From Ilumatobacteraceae bacterium (lineage in GTDB: Bacteria > Actinomycetota > Acidimicrobiia > Acidimicrobiales > Ilumatobacteraceae), in the NCBI GenBank assembly GCA_963698565.1, contig CAVORH010000049.1, forward strand, positions 1 to 32,000: a stretch of DNA of 32,000 bases, written 5' to 3'. The notes under the pieces are model-generated. The model was not told where the DNA came from and made no database searches. It was given only the letters and a program-made list of their open reading frames with translations. Both the position numbers and the translations under genes were made by a program. Shown here piece after piece: positions 24,427 to 32,000 of the stretch; the stretch's first letter is position 1, and every line of letters begins with the position of its first letter.

Positions 24427-26283
24427 CTAACGGCCGGCAGGGAGCAAGAGGCATCGGCACCCGATGTGCGCAGGTGCGAACGTGTGCCCGGTCGGGAACG
24501 CATCGCCGGCGGCGATCGTGCCGGCGAGAGAGTTGTCGTCGCAGTCGGCGCACCCCTGGCGGGAGTCGTCACAGGCCCACACCACCGGGGTCCCCGGCTC
24601 GATGGCAGCGAGGACACCGCGACCGTGCGCCATCCGCACGATGTCGTCGAGCTGCTCGTCGATGTGCTGTGTCTTCCACTCCCGGTAGACCGCACGGATC
24701 CGCTTGCTGATGTCGGCGCGGTCACCGTCGTCGATGCACCGGGCCAGCCGCTCACGCAACGGCTCGACGAGCCATTCGGCGAGCACGTCGTCGGCGGCGG
24801 AGATCGCAGCGGCGGCGTCGGCGGCAGCCAGCGGCTTCGAGCGTCCGCCGAGCACTGCGCCGGCATCGGCGGCTGCGCGGAGCTCGTCGGAGATCGCGCC
24901 GGCGTACCGTCCCACGTGTTCGGCGGCCGCGGGAAGCAGCGCGTCGAGGTCACCGACGGGACCGGTGCCACGCAACGCCTCGAGCACCTCGTTCTGCTCG
25001 TCGGCCAGCGCTCGCTTGAGCTTTCGGGCCGATGCCACGATGATCGGCGTCAGGTCGGCGTCGCGAGACTCGAACGGCGACAACACCGCATCGTCGACCT
25101 CATCGGCCCGGACCTCGTTGTCGGCGGCGTCGTCGGCGGCCGGCTCGTCGGCGGCGTCGACGGTCGCCGGCATCTCGGGCTCGGTGACCACCGCCTCCGC
25201 GCGCAGCCGGGCGAACAGGTCGACCACGACGTCGTCACGCTCCCGCGACTCGGTGGCGTCCTCGGCGACATCGGCCGCGACGTGGACCTCGTTCGCGTCC
25301 GGCTCGACCGCAACGTCCTCGACCGCAACGTCCTCGACCGCGACGTCCTCGACCGCAACGTCCTCGGCGGTCGTCTCGTCCTCGTCCTCGACCGCGACGT
25401 CGACCTGAGCGTCGTCATCGACCTGAGCGTCGTCATCGACCTGAGCGTCGTCATCGACCTGGGCGTCGTCGACGACCTCGACGGCGTCATCGACCTGGGG
25501 TGTCGGCTCGATCGGCTCGGTCTCGACCGCCTCGGTCTCGACCGCCTCGGCCTCGATGGGCGTCGCCTCGACCGGACGCGGCGAGTTGGGCACCATCACC
25601 GGCACCGGTCCGGTCGTCGGTGCCAGATTCACGTACTCATCGGGCTCCCCCAGCGGCTGCAGCTCCGACACCACGTCGACCGCCACCAGACGAGCCCGCT
25701 CGAACGACTGCATCAGGCGGTCGCGTCCGTGCAACAACTGTTCGATCTGCTCGCGAGCCAGTTCACGCCGCCGTGCGAGTTCGCTGAGCACGCGCTCTCG
25801 GTACGCCCGTGCCTCGTTGACCATCTCGCGACCCTGCTGCTTGGCCATTGCGAGTTCGGCCTCGGCATCGGCGGCCGCGTCGGTGCGCCGCCGCGAGGCC
25901 TCGATCTCGGCCTCCTCGCGCATCCGAGCCGCTTCGTCACTGGCCTCGTTCAGCAGTTGCGCGGCGGCCTGCTCTGCCTTCTGACGGATCTCGACCGCGC
26001 TCTCGCGTGCCGTGGTGAGCACGCGAGCGGTCTCCTCACCGAGCAGCCGGGTGAGCGCGGCGTCGTCGAGTTGCGCCGTCGACAGGTCGGGGCTCGACTG
26101 TGCGGTGCGCAGCTCCCGCTCCAGGAACCGCTCGCGCTCCTGGAGCCGCCCGAGCTCGGCTGCGATCATCCGCAGGAAGTCGCGCACTTCGGCCTGGTCG
26201 AACCCGCGCCGGCTGGTGCTGAAACCGGCGTCGGCAACCGACGCCGGAGACGACGGATCGGGTCGGGTGAAGGACATGGCCAT
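24427..26283 (-). CDS. DivIVA-domain protein with acidic tandem-repeat linker and MuF-like Cys/His C-terminus
   Basis: The N-terminal FSTSRRGFDQAEVRDFLRMIAAEL is the DivIVA motif (F..xxrGYdxxeVdxFL), followed by coiled coil. The central part holds D/E/V repeats. The C-terminal GCADCDDNSLAG...PTGHTFAPAHIGCRCLLLP resembles the end of phage Mu-F/SPP1-gp7-type proteins (C..C ... HpnCRC). Confidence 0.8.
   Translation of the reverse strand: MAMSFTRPDPSSPASVADAGFSTSRRGFDQAEVRDFLRMIAAELGRLQERERFLERELRTAQSSPDLSTAQLDDAALTRLLGEETARVLTTARESAVEIRQKAEQAAAQLLNEASDEAARMREEAEIEASRRRTDAAADAEAELAMAKQQGREMVNEARAYRERVLSELARRRELAREQIEQLLHGRDRLMQSFERARLVAVDVVSELQPLGEPDEYVNLAPTTGPVPVMVPNSPRPVEATPIEAEAVETEAVETEPIEPTPQVDDAVEVVDDAQVDDDAQVDDDAQVDDDAQVDVAVEDEDETTAEDVAVEDVAVEDVAVEDVAVEPDANEVHVAADVAEDATESRERDDVVVDLFARLRAEAVVTEPEMPATVDAADEPAADDAADNEVRADEVDDAVLSPFESRDADLTPIIVASARKLKRALADEQNEVLEALRGTGPVGDLDALLPAAAEHVGRYAGAISDELRAAADAGAVLGGRSKPLAAADAAAAISAADDVLAEWLVEPLRERLARCIDDGDRADISKRIRAVYREWKTQHIDEQLDDIVRMAHGRGVLAAIEPGTPVVWACDDSRQGCADCDDNSLAGTIAAGDAFPTGHTFAPAHIGCRCLLLPAGR
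25306..25365. repeat. 4 x 15-bp in-frame tandem repeat (encodes VEDVA x4 on the minus strand)
   Basis: GACCGCAACGTCCTC occurs at 25306, 25321, 25336 (one substitution) and 25351. Confidence 0.9.
25402..25473. repeat. 4 x 18-bp in-frame tandem repeat (encodes DDAQVD x4)
   Basis: GACCTGAGCGTCGTCATC occurs at 25402, 25420 and 25438. A diverged copy lies at 25456. Confidence 0.9.
25516..25545. repeat. 2 x 15-bp tandem repeat (encodes EAVET x2), followed by a degenerate third unit
   Basis: CTCGGTCTCGACCGC occurs at 25516 and 25531. The related CTCGGCCTCGATGGG lies at 25546. Confidence 0.85.
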
Positions 26284-26347
26284 GGCGCAACGCTACGCAG
26301 TCCGACTTCTCAGATGGTGGCAATCGACGCGCACACCGCGCGCAACG

Positions 26348-27544
26348 TCAGCTGATGGGCACCAGCGGGTCGCCACCGAGATCCTCGAGCGCCGCAAGCG
26401 CCTCGTCGAGGGTCGCAACGGGGATGATCCTCACCTCGCCACGGCCGGCATCCTCCAGACGCTGACGCTCGACGGGGTCATCGAGTTCCGACTGCGAGGC
26501 CGGCACCAGGAACACCCGCACCCCGTTCTGGTGCACCGCCGACACCTTCTGGGCGAGGCCGCCGATCGCGCCGACCTCGCCGTTGAGGTTGATCGTGCCG
26601 GTCACGGCAACGTTCTGGTCGCCGGTGAGGGACCCGGGCGAGAGTTCGTCGATCATCGCGAGCGTGAACGCCAGCCCGGCGGAGGGTCCGCCGATGTCAC
26701 CGGTCTCGATGTCGACCTGGAACGGCAGCTGGATCGCACGTGTGTCGAACGGAACGAAGCCGACGATCGTGCGCTCCGGATCGTCGGGGGAGGCGGACAG
26801 TTCGACCGTCACGGTCTCCTGGCCCTCGCCCGGCCGCTCGATCACGAGATCGATCGTGTCGCCGGGCTGGCGGTCGGCGAGCACCGCACTGAGATCGTCG
26901 ACCGACTCCAGCGTCACCCCGTCGGCTTCGAGGATCCGATCGGCTGGGTCGATCTGCTCGTCGGACGGAAACCATTCCTCGCACTCGCCGCCGTCGTCGG
27001 ACGGGACCTTGCACAAGACGTCCTGCACGATCACGTCGCCAGGGGTGATCTCCACGTCGAAGCCCAACGTGGTGAGCGCCACGTACTGCGCCTCCTGCTC
27101 TGCCGTTCGCATCATCTGCAGGTTGAATTCGCGTCGCTGGCTCGGCGTTCGTGCCCCGAACTTGTCCTCCTCGGTCAGGAAGTCGACCGCTGGGTCGTCG
27201 CGACCGGCGAACCACGACAACACCGACTGGTTCGGTGCCGTGACGGTCACGAAGACGAAGTCGTTGGCGGTGTCGAACCGCTCGACGCCGTCGGGGAGCT
27301 CGCCGAACACGATCCGGTCGTTCACGGGATCAGCCGACGCCGGGGTCAGGGCGTACGGCGTCGAGTTCATCTCTCCCGTGCGCTGGTTCTCCTTGCTCGA
27401 CACGAGGCCGGACGGAAGCAGCGACGCCACGCCGATCGCGGCGAGCGTCAGCAGGCCCAACGAGGCCAGAACCCAGGCCCACCACCGGTTGCGGGGGGTG
27501 GTCAGTACGATGTCGGTTGTCGTGTCGGTCACGGATCTCACCAC
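26348..27544 (-). CDS. PDZ domain-containing Lon-like (S16) serine protease, membrane-anchored
   Basis: There is an N-terminal transmembrane helix and a central PDZ-like region. The C-terminal Lon protease domain carries the catalytic-Ser motif DIGGPSAGLAF and GGLAQKV. The gene sits upstream of the DivIVA-domain and UPF0182 genes; in M. tuberculosis, as I recall, Rv3194c and Rv3193c (UPF0182) are directly adjacent. The start is GTG 27544. Confidence 0.88.
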   Translation of the reverse strand: MVRSVTDTTTDIVLTTPRNRWWAWVLASLGLLTLAAIGVASLLPSGLVSSKENQRTGEMNSTPYALTPASADPVNDRIVFGELPDGVERFDTANDFVFVTVTAPNQSVLSWFAGRDDPAVDFLTEEDKFGARTPSQRREFNLQMMRTAEQEAQYVALTTLGFDVEITPGDVIVQDVLCKVPSDDGGECEEWFPSDEQIDPADRILEADGVTLESVDDLSAVLADRQPGDTIDLVIERPGEGQETVTVELSASPDDPERTIVGFVPFDTRAIQLPFQVDIETGDIGGPSAGLAFTLAMIDELSPGSLTGDQNVAVTGTINLNGEVGAIGGLAQKVSAVHQNGVRVFLVPASQSELDDPVERQRLEDAGRGEVRIIPVATLDEALAALEDLGGDPLVPIS

Positions 27545-27557
27545 TCAGGCTGCGTGG

Positions 27558-27845
27558 ATGGTCGGGCTCGCCGTGTTGGCGCTCGTCCTCGCGGGGTGGC
27601 GCAAGACTGCCAGACCCACGACCCGAACACCACGCAGGGACCCGATGTTGCGCCGATCGTGGGAACCGATCGGCGTCGCCGAGACCACCACCTCGCTGTA
27701 CAAGCGGCCCAGCCTGCTCCGCCGGCTGTGGGCGATCGTTGCGAGTTCGGGCATCGCCATCGTGATCGGCGCCGTCTTGGCGATCGTGATCGCCTTCGGG
27801 TCGGCCTTCCTCGTGATCACCCTCACCGACCTGTTGAAGCAGTGA
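27558..27845 (+). CDS. small membrane protein (1-2 TM)
   Basis: The ORF tail is hydrophobic (LWAIVASSGIAIVIGAVLAIVIAFGSAFLVITL). Its stop overlaps the GTG of the next gene (GTGA at 27842-27845). The start is either ATG 27558 or ATG 27645. Confidence 0.45.
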   Translation: MVGLAVLALVLAGWRKTARPTTRTPRRDPMLRRSWEPIGVAETTTSLYKRPSLLRRLWAIVASSGIAIVIGAVLAIVIAFGSAFLVITLTDLLKQ

Positions 27846-28432
27846 GCGATCCCGACCGGCGAGCCGTGGTGATCGCCGGTCACACGGGCGACATCGCCAT
27901 GGCCCGCGCCGGCCTGGGCTCGTCGGACGGCGCCGTACGCGCAGCCGCACTCGGTGCGCTGGAACGCCTCGGCGAGCTGACCGACCCAGATCTTCGGACG
28001 GCGTTGAACGACCCCGACACGAGCGTCCGCCGCCGCGCAGCCGAGATCGCTGCGACTCACCCCGAGGTCGACCTCGTCGACACGCTCCACGACGGCGATG
28101 CACGCGTGGTCGAGGTGGCGGCGTGGGCCTGTGGCGAGCAGGAATCGAACCGCGACGACGTGGTCGAGGCGTTGATCGCATTGGCGGCCGAAGCCACCGA
28201 CCCCCTCGTTCGCGAAGCAGCCGTTGCCTCGCTCGGCGCCATCGGCGACGATCGCGCCATCGAGGTGATCATCGCCGCCTGCGCCGACAAACCGGCCGTG
28301 CGCCGTCGGGCGGTGCTGGCCCTCGCACCGTTCGATGGCGACCACGTCGAGGCCGCTGTCGACCGCGCCCTCGCCGACCGCGACTGGCAGGTCCGCCAAG
28401 CGGCCGAAGACCTCCGCCGCGCCCAGTCCTGA
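27842..28432 (+). CDS. HEAT-repeat protein
   Basis: HEAT-like units recur: D..VR..AA.aLg (GAVRAAALGALERLG, DTSVRRRAAEIAA, DARVVEVAAWACG, DPLVREAAVASLGAIG, KPAVRRRAVLALA, DWQVRQAAED). Only the last 196 codons of the 806-aa track ORF are taken as real. Confidence 0.7.
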   Translation: MSDPDRRAVVIAGHTGDIAMARAGLGSSDGAVRAAALGALERLGELTDPDLRTALNDPDTSVRRRAAEIAATHPEVDLVDTLHDGDARVVEVAAWACGEQESNRDDVVEALIALAAEATDPLVREAAVASLGAIGDDRAIEVIIAACADKPAVRRRAVLALAPFDGDHVEAAVDRALADRDWQVRQAAEDLRRAQS

Positions 28433-28459
28433 TTCGGCGACGGTCAGAACGGGCGGCGG

Positions 28460-28960
28460 TCAGAAGGTGTAGCGGTAGACGCTCGTGTCCCGCACGTCGA
28501 AACCGACTCGCCGATACAGCCGATGTGCCGACTCCCTCACCGGCCGACTCGTGAGATTGACGTCCTTTGCTCCACGAGCCCTCGCCTCGGCGAGCGCGGC
28601 CAGGTTCAGCTCGGCGCCGACACCGCGGCCACGCGCCGCCTCGTCGACCACCACGTCCTCGATCCAGGCCTTGAGACCGGTCGGGATCCGGTAGAAGGCG
28701 AGCGTGAGGCTGCCCAGGATCCGGCCGTCGACGCGAGCCACGAACAACACGGTGTCCGGACTGGCGACGATCGCCTCCAGATGCTCCGGACCGGGTGGGG
28801 GAGACGACGACGAGAGCTGCGGGATGAGCCGCTGGAACGCTTCGACGAGTTCGTCGTCGACGCGCTCGGCGTGCACGATCTGCACGATCGGTGAGCCGGC
28901 CGAGCCAGTGCCCGCCGCTGGATCGTCGGTCGGAGAGTTCGAGGTGTCACTCACGAGCAT
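28460..28960 (-). CDS. GNAT family N-acetyltransferase
   Basis: The acetyl-CoA motif A is IEDVVVDEAARGRGVGAEL (Q/R-x-x-G-x-G/A). The C-terminal SAHRLYRRVGF is also present. Confidence 0.88.
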   Translation of the reverse strand: MLVSDTSNSPTDDPAAGTGSAGSPIVQIVHAERVDDELVEAFQRLIPQLSSSSPPPGPEHLEAIVASPDTVLFVARVDGRILGSLTLAFYRIPTGLKAWIEDVVVDEAARGRGVGAELNLAALAEARARGAKDVNLTSRPVRESAHRLYRRVGFDVRDTSVYRYTF

Positions 28961-28987
28961 CGGACGCTACTGCCTCACACCGGTAGC

Positions 28988-29872
28988 GTGGTCGACGTGG
29001 GAACCGAGCACGTTCGATGGTTGGCGGAGCCGAACCTCAATCGACCCGTGCTCGTCGCCGCATTCACCGGGTGGAACGACGCAGGCGACGCAGCGTCCAC
29101 CGCCCTGCGCACCATGGTCGAATCGTGGGGCGCCGACGCGCTCGCCGAGATCGACCCGGAGGCCTTCACCGACTTCGCGACGGTGCGGCCGCAGGTACGC
29201 CTCGACGACGAACGCCACCGCTCGATCGTGTGGCCGGCCGTCGGCATCTGGTCGGCGTCGCTGCCCGGCACCGACGTGATCCTGGTACTCGGCCCGGAAC
29301 CCGCACTGCGGTGGCGCCTGTTCTGCGAACAGATCAGTGGCATCGCAGACAGGTTCGGGGTCACGATGGCGATCTCGCTCGGCGCGCTGCTCGCTGACGT
29401 GCCGCACTCGCGTCCGGTCCCGCTGATCGGTACGGCCACCGACGACCGGCTCATCGAGCGTTTCGAGCTCCGCCGATCACAGTACGAGGGGCCCACCGGC
29501 ATCGTCGGCGTCCTCCACGATCACCTGAACCGGTCGGGTATGGCCACCGCATCGCTGTGGGCAGCAGTTCCCGGCTATGCCTCGCAGATCCCGTCGCCGA
29601 AGGCCGCTCTCGCGCTCGTCGAACGGGCCTGCTCGATGATCGGCACGCCGGCACCGCTCGCCCGGCTGGCGGTCGAGTCAGCCGGCTACGACGCCCAGGT
29701 CGCCGCGTTGATCGGCGACGACGACGACATGATCGAGTACCTGTCTCGCCTCGAGCAACTCACCGACGAAGAGGGCGACACCAGCGACGACCTCACGAAC
29801 GGCGCGCCCGTCGATCCCGACGTCCTCGTCGAAGAAGTCGAGCAGTTCCTGCGCGACCGCGACCCCGACTGA
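28988..29872 (+). CDS. PAC2 (proteasome assembly chaperone 2-like) family protein
   Basis: LNRPVLVAAFTGWNDAGDAAS, YEGPTGIVGVL and an acidic C-terminal tail form the typical actinobacterial PAC2-family pattern. Confidence 0.8.
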   Translation: MVDVGTEHVRWLAEPNLNRPVLVAAFTGWNDAGDAASTALRTMVESWGADALAEIDPEAFTDFATVRPQVRLDDERHRSIVWPAVGIWSASLPGTDVILVLGPEPALRWRLFCEQISGIADRFGVTMAISLGALLADVPHSRPVPLIGTATDDRLIERFELRRSQYEGPTGIVGVLHDHLNRSGMATASLWAAVPGYASQIPSPKAALALVERACSMIGTPAPLARLAVESAGYDAQVAALIGDDDDMIEYLSRLEQLTDEEGDTSDDLTNGAPVDPDVLVEEVEQFLRDRDPD

Positions 29873-29876
29873 CGAC

Positions 29877-30587
29877 CTACTCCGAGCGCCAGATCGGTGA
29901 CCGCACTGCGTCGAACGTGGCGGGAGACTCTTCGCCGCCGATCGCCGCGAACGCCATCGGCCCCCACCACTGGACGCCCGCAGTCGCCTCGGGCAGAGCG
30001 TCGGCGGCGAACCAACCGACGTCGGCGGTCTCGAGCGGATGCGGAGTCAGTTCGCCGCCGGTGGCGGTGCAGTGGAACAGCAGCATGTACATCCCGAAGC
30101 GGCTGAACCCCATACGTTGACCGTCGACCACGCCGAGCAGGCGCTGCGGTTCGCAGTCGATGCCGGTCTCCTCGCTGACCTCTTTCACCGCCACCTCCGC
30201 CGGTGAGTAGCCGACGTCGGCCCAGCCGGTCGGGTACAGCCAGATCCCGGAATCCTTGCGTTGGACCAGCAGTATCTCACCGGCGTCGTTGCCGACGATC
30301 GCGCCGACGGCCACCTTCGGGGTGACGTAGCCCGGCACACCCTCGCCGATCGACTCCATCCACTCCTGCACGAAGTGATCGGTCTCGCGGCGCACCGCGA
30401 TCTCTTCGCGTTCGTCCTCTTCGAGCTCGCGGGCACAGGCCTTGATGTCGGCGGCGACGTGCAGCACCTCCTCGAAGCGCTCCCGTTCGTACAGGTTCTC
30501 GGTGAAGCCCATGCCGGTGCGGGCGATCGCCGCCAACGTCTCGCTCCACCGCGCCAGATCGCGTCCACTCACCGTCACGCCGCTCAC
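29877..30587 (-). CDS. NUDIX hydrolase with N-terminal Nudix_N_2-like helical domain
   Basis: The variant Nudix box GWADVGYSPAEVAVKEVSEETGI fits G-x5-[Y for E]-x7-[K for R]-E-V-x-EE-x-G-I. The N-terminal WSETLAAIARTGMGFTENLYERERFEEV matches the helical domain commonly fused to this subfamily. Confidence 0.85.
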   Translation of the reverse strand: MSGVTVSGRDLARWSETLAAIARTGMGFTENLYERERFEEVLHVAADIKACARELEEDEREEIAVRRETDHFVQEWMESIGEGVPGYVTPKVAVGAIVGNDAGEILLVQRKDSGIWLYPTGWADVGYSPAEVAVKEVSEETGIDCEPQRLLGVVDGQRMGFSRFGMYMLLFHCTATGGELTPHPLETADVGWFAADALPEATAGVQWWGPMAFAAIGGEESPATFDAVRSPIWRSE

Positions 30588-30596
30588 GCTACGGCA

Positions 30597-32000
30597 TCAC
30601 GACACCGCGTGCAGCAGCGCCTTCTGGATCTCCTTGCGGTGGGCCGGATCGGTGACGAGCGCGCCGTTCGTGCGGACGTAGAACGTGTCGACGACCTCCA
30701 TACCGATCGTCTGCACGGTCGCATGGCGGATGTCGAGTCCCAGCTCGCCGAGCGCCTTCGAGATGCGGTGCAGGATCCCCACCTTGGTGACCGCTCGGAC
30801 CACGATCACCGTTGCGTTCGACGACGCCTCGTCGTCGAACACGACCGAGGGAGGGCCCGGGGCCGCTGCCTGCGTCCGTCGACGGCGACGGTAGGTCTGC
30901 TCGCGCTCGGCCAGCCGGGCCTCGATGGCCAGCTGATGTGCCAGCGCGCGGCCGAGGTCGGCTCTGACCGCACGCCAGTTGAGCCCGGTGTCCGGAACGA
31001 CGATGCGGAACTGCGACGCGGCGATGCCGCTCTCGTCCGAGTGGGCCTGTGCGCTCACGACGTCGAGGCCGTGCAGCGACAACACCCCGGCAATGCGGCT
31101 GAACGTGCCCGCGGCGTCGGGGCTGACCACGGTGATCACCTCGTCGCGACGGGAGATGTCGAGCTCGCCTGCGGCCATCGCCGCCAACGTCTCGGCGTCG
31201 GGGAACAGACGCCAGGTCACCTCGGCGACATCGCCACCACCCAGCACGTGGCGCACCCGTGCGACGAGCTCCGAGACCAGGCCCTCCTTCCAGTCACCCC
31301 ACGCCGACGGTCCGGTGGCGAGCGAGTCCGCCTCCGTCAGCGCATGCAGCAGATCGAGCACCTCGACCGTCTTGACCGAGGAAGCGACCTGCTTGATCGT
31401 CGCTTCGTCGGTGAGATCTCGACGCATCGCCACATCGGGCAACAACAGGTGGTGTTCGACGAGCGCCACCAGCACCTCGACGTCGGCCTGCACCAGGCCG
31501 AGCTTGGGACCGATCGATCGGATCAGCTCCATCCCGACCACGGTGTGGTCGCCCGGGTACCCCTTGCCGAGGTCGTGGAAGAGCGCCCCGAGCACCAGCA
31601 GGTCGGGCCGGCTGACCCGATCGACGAGTTCGGACGCGTTCGCTGCGGCTTCCCAGAGGTGTCGGTCGACGGTGAAGCGGTGATAGGCGTTGCGTTGCGG
31701 TTTCGAACGCACCGGGGCCCACTCGGGCAGCAACCGGGCGATCAGATCACGTTGGTCGAGCGACTCGAGCACGGGAACGGCCCGATGTCCCTCGAGCAGC
31801 AATGCGATCAGGTCGTCGGTGGCTCCCACCGGCCACGCGCCCGTCCACCCCTCCGCGTCGTCGTGCAGCCGGTCGAGCGTCGACCGGCCGATCCGGGCGC
31901 CGTGGCGTGCCGCGGCGATCGCGGTCTGCAGCACCAGCGTGCTGTCGACCCGAGGATCGGCGCCGGGTGCCAGTTCGATCTCACCGGCGCGCAACACCAC
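30597..32000 (-). CDS. glnD: [protein-PII] uridylyltransferase/uridylyl-removing enzyme, C-terminal part (gene continues beyond the window)
   Basis: The HD domain (HRFTVDRHL, ALFHDLGKGYPGDHTVVG) and two C-terminal ACT domains are present (ITVVSPDAAGTFSRIAGVLS..., VIVVRAVTKVGILHRISKALGELGLDI). The reading frame is open to nt 32000. Confidence 0.88.
   Translation of the reverse strand: MVLRAGEIELAPGADPRVDSTLVLQTAIAAARHGARIGRSTLDRLHDDAEGWTGAWPVGATDDLIALLLEGHRAVPVLESLDQRDLIARLLPEWAPVRSKPQRNAYHRFTVDRHLWEAAANASELVDRVSRPDLLVLGALFHDLGKGYPGDHTVVGMELIRSIGPKLGLVQADVEVLVALVEHHLLLPDVAMRRDLTDEATIKQVASSVKTVEVLDLLHALTEADSLATGPSAWGDWKEGLVSELVARVRHVLGGGDVAEVTWRLFPDAETLAAMAAGELDISRRDEVITVVSPDAAGTFSRIAGVLSLHGLDVVSAQAHSDESGIAASQFRIVVPDTGLNWRAVRADLGRALAHQLAIEARLAEREQTYRRRRRTQAAAPGPPSVVFDDEASSNATVIVVRAVTKVGILHRISKALGELGLDIRHATVQTIGMEVVDTFYVRTNGALVTDPAHRKEIQKALLHAVS

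Noticed and set aside
25306-25557. Tandem repeats as a possible CRISPR array
   Set aside because: The units are contiguous with no spacers, only 15-18 bp long, in frame within a long well-supported CDS, and there are no cas genes.
22465-26355. 1296-aa ORF on the + strand, the longest in the track
   Set aside because: It is entirely antisense to two well-supported genes, UPF0182 and the DivIVA-domain protein. Its translation is R/G/D/H/V-rich low-complexity sequence with no motifs. This is a typical shadow ORF of high-GC DNA, where stop codons are rare in the antisense frame.
26012-27841. N-terminal 610 codons of the 806-aa + strand ORF ending at 28432
   Set aside because: This part is antisense to the DivIVA and PDZ-Lon genes. 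Only the last 196 codons, from GTG 27842 (GTGA-coupled to the preceding small ORF), show HEAT repeats.
28441-28464. Direct repeat CGGTCAGAA x2 between the HEAT and GNAT genes
   Set aside because: The repeat is short at 9 nt. The second copy simply includes the GNAT stop codon, and there is no hairpin potential. It is probably chance.

Overview
High-GC, Actinomycetota-type chromosomal window with a UPF0182 / PDZ-Lon / PAC2 / DivIVA / GlnD backbone. I saw no rRNA, CRISPR array, integrase or transposase. (i) 1-4150 is a less GC-rich accessory segment abutting an initiator tRNA-Met. Spot counts of single 60-nt lines give 57% GC at 3481-3540 and 45% at 4101-4160, against 67% at 7201-7260. It carries an ORF with an Rx4H (HEPN-like) motif, a DUF4062-TPR gene broken by four homopolymer frame changes, and a minus-strand three-gene operon joined by GTGA overlaps: Pol-beta nucleotidyltransferase, a 94-aa unknown, and a lambda/ApaH-type metallophosphoesterase. 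An operator-like 9-mer array sits upstream of that operon. This is my best candidate for an undescribed system. (ii) 4414-8972 is a group-3b-type [NiFe]-hydrogenase operon (beta, gamma, small, large, endopeptidase) with ATGA-coupled junctions. The beta gene has an apparent 5' frameshift. A perfect 22-bp-stem palindrome lies in the first codons of the gamma gene. (iii) 9045-10977 (minus) is a hypC / DMT transporter / HypC-like-tailed unknown operon. A second palindrome with the same 11-nt termini and the same 25-bp spacing precedes it. (iv) Next come a nitroreductase and a second DMT transporter. Then an ABC-2 exporter is coupled to a polytopic alpha/beta-hydrolase, divergent from a NarL-type two-component system. 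(v) 18.3-32 kb is housekeeping-like: 3-TM/GNAT-like fusion, TrpB2, coiled-coil protein, UPF0182, a DivIVA / acidic-repeat / MuF-like-C-terminus protein, PDZ-Lon protease, HEAT protein, GNAT, PAC2, NUDIX and the 3' part of glnD. A ~60-bp nested-hairpin repeat occurs at two convergent gene junctions. Many long ORFs in the track are antisense shadow ORFs typical of high-GC DNA and were rejected. All family calls come from motif recognition by eye; no searches were run.
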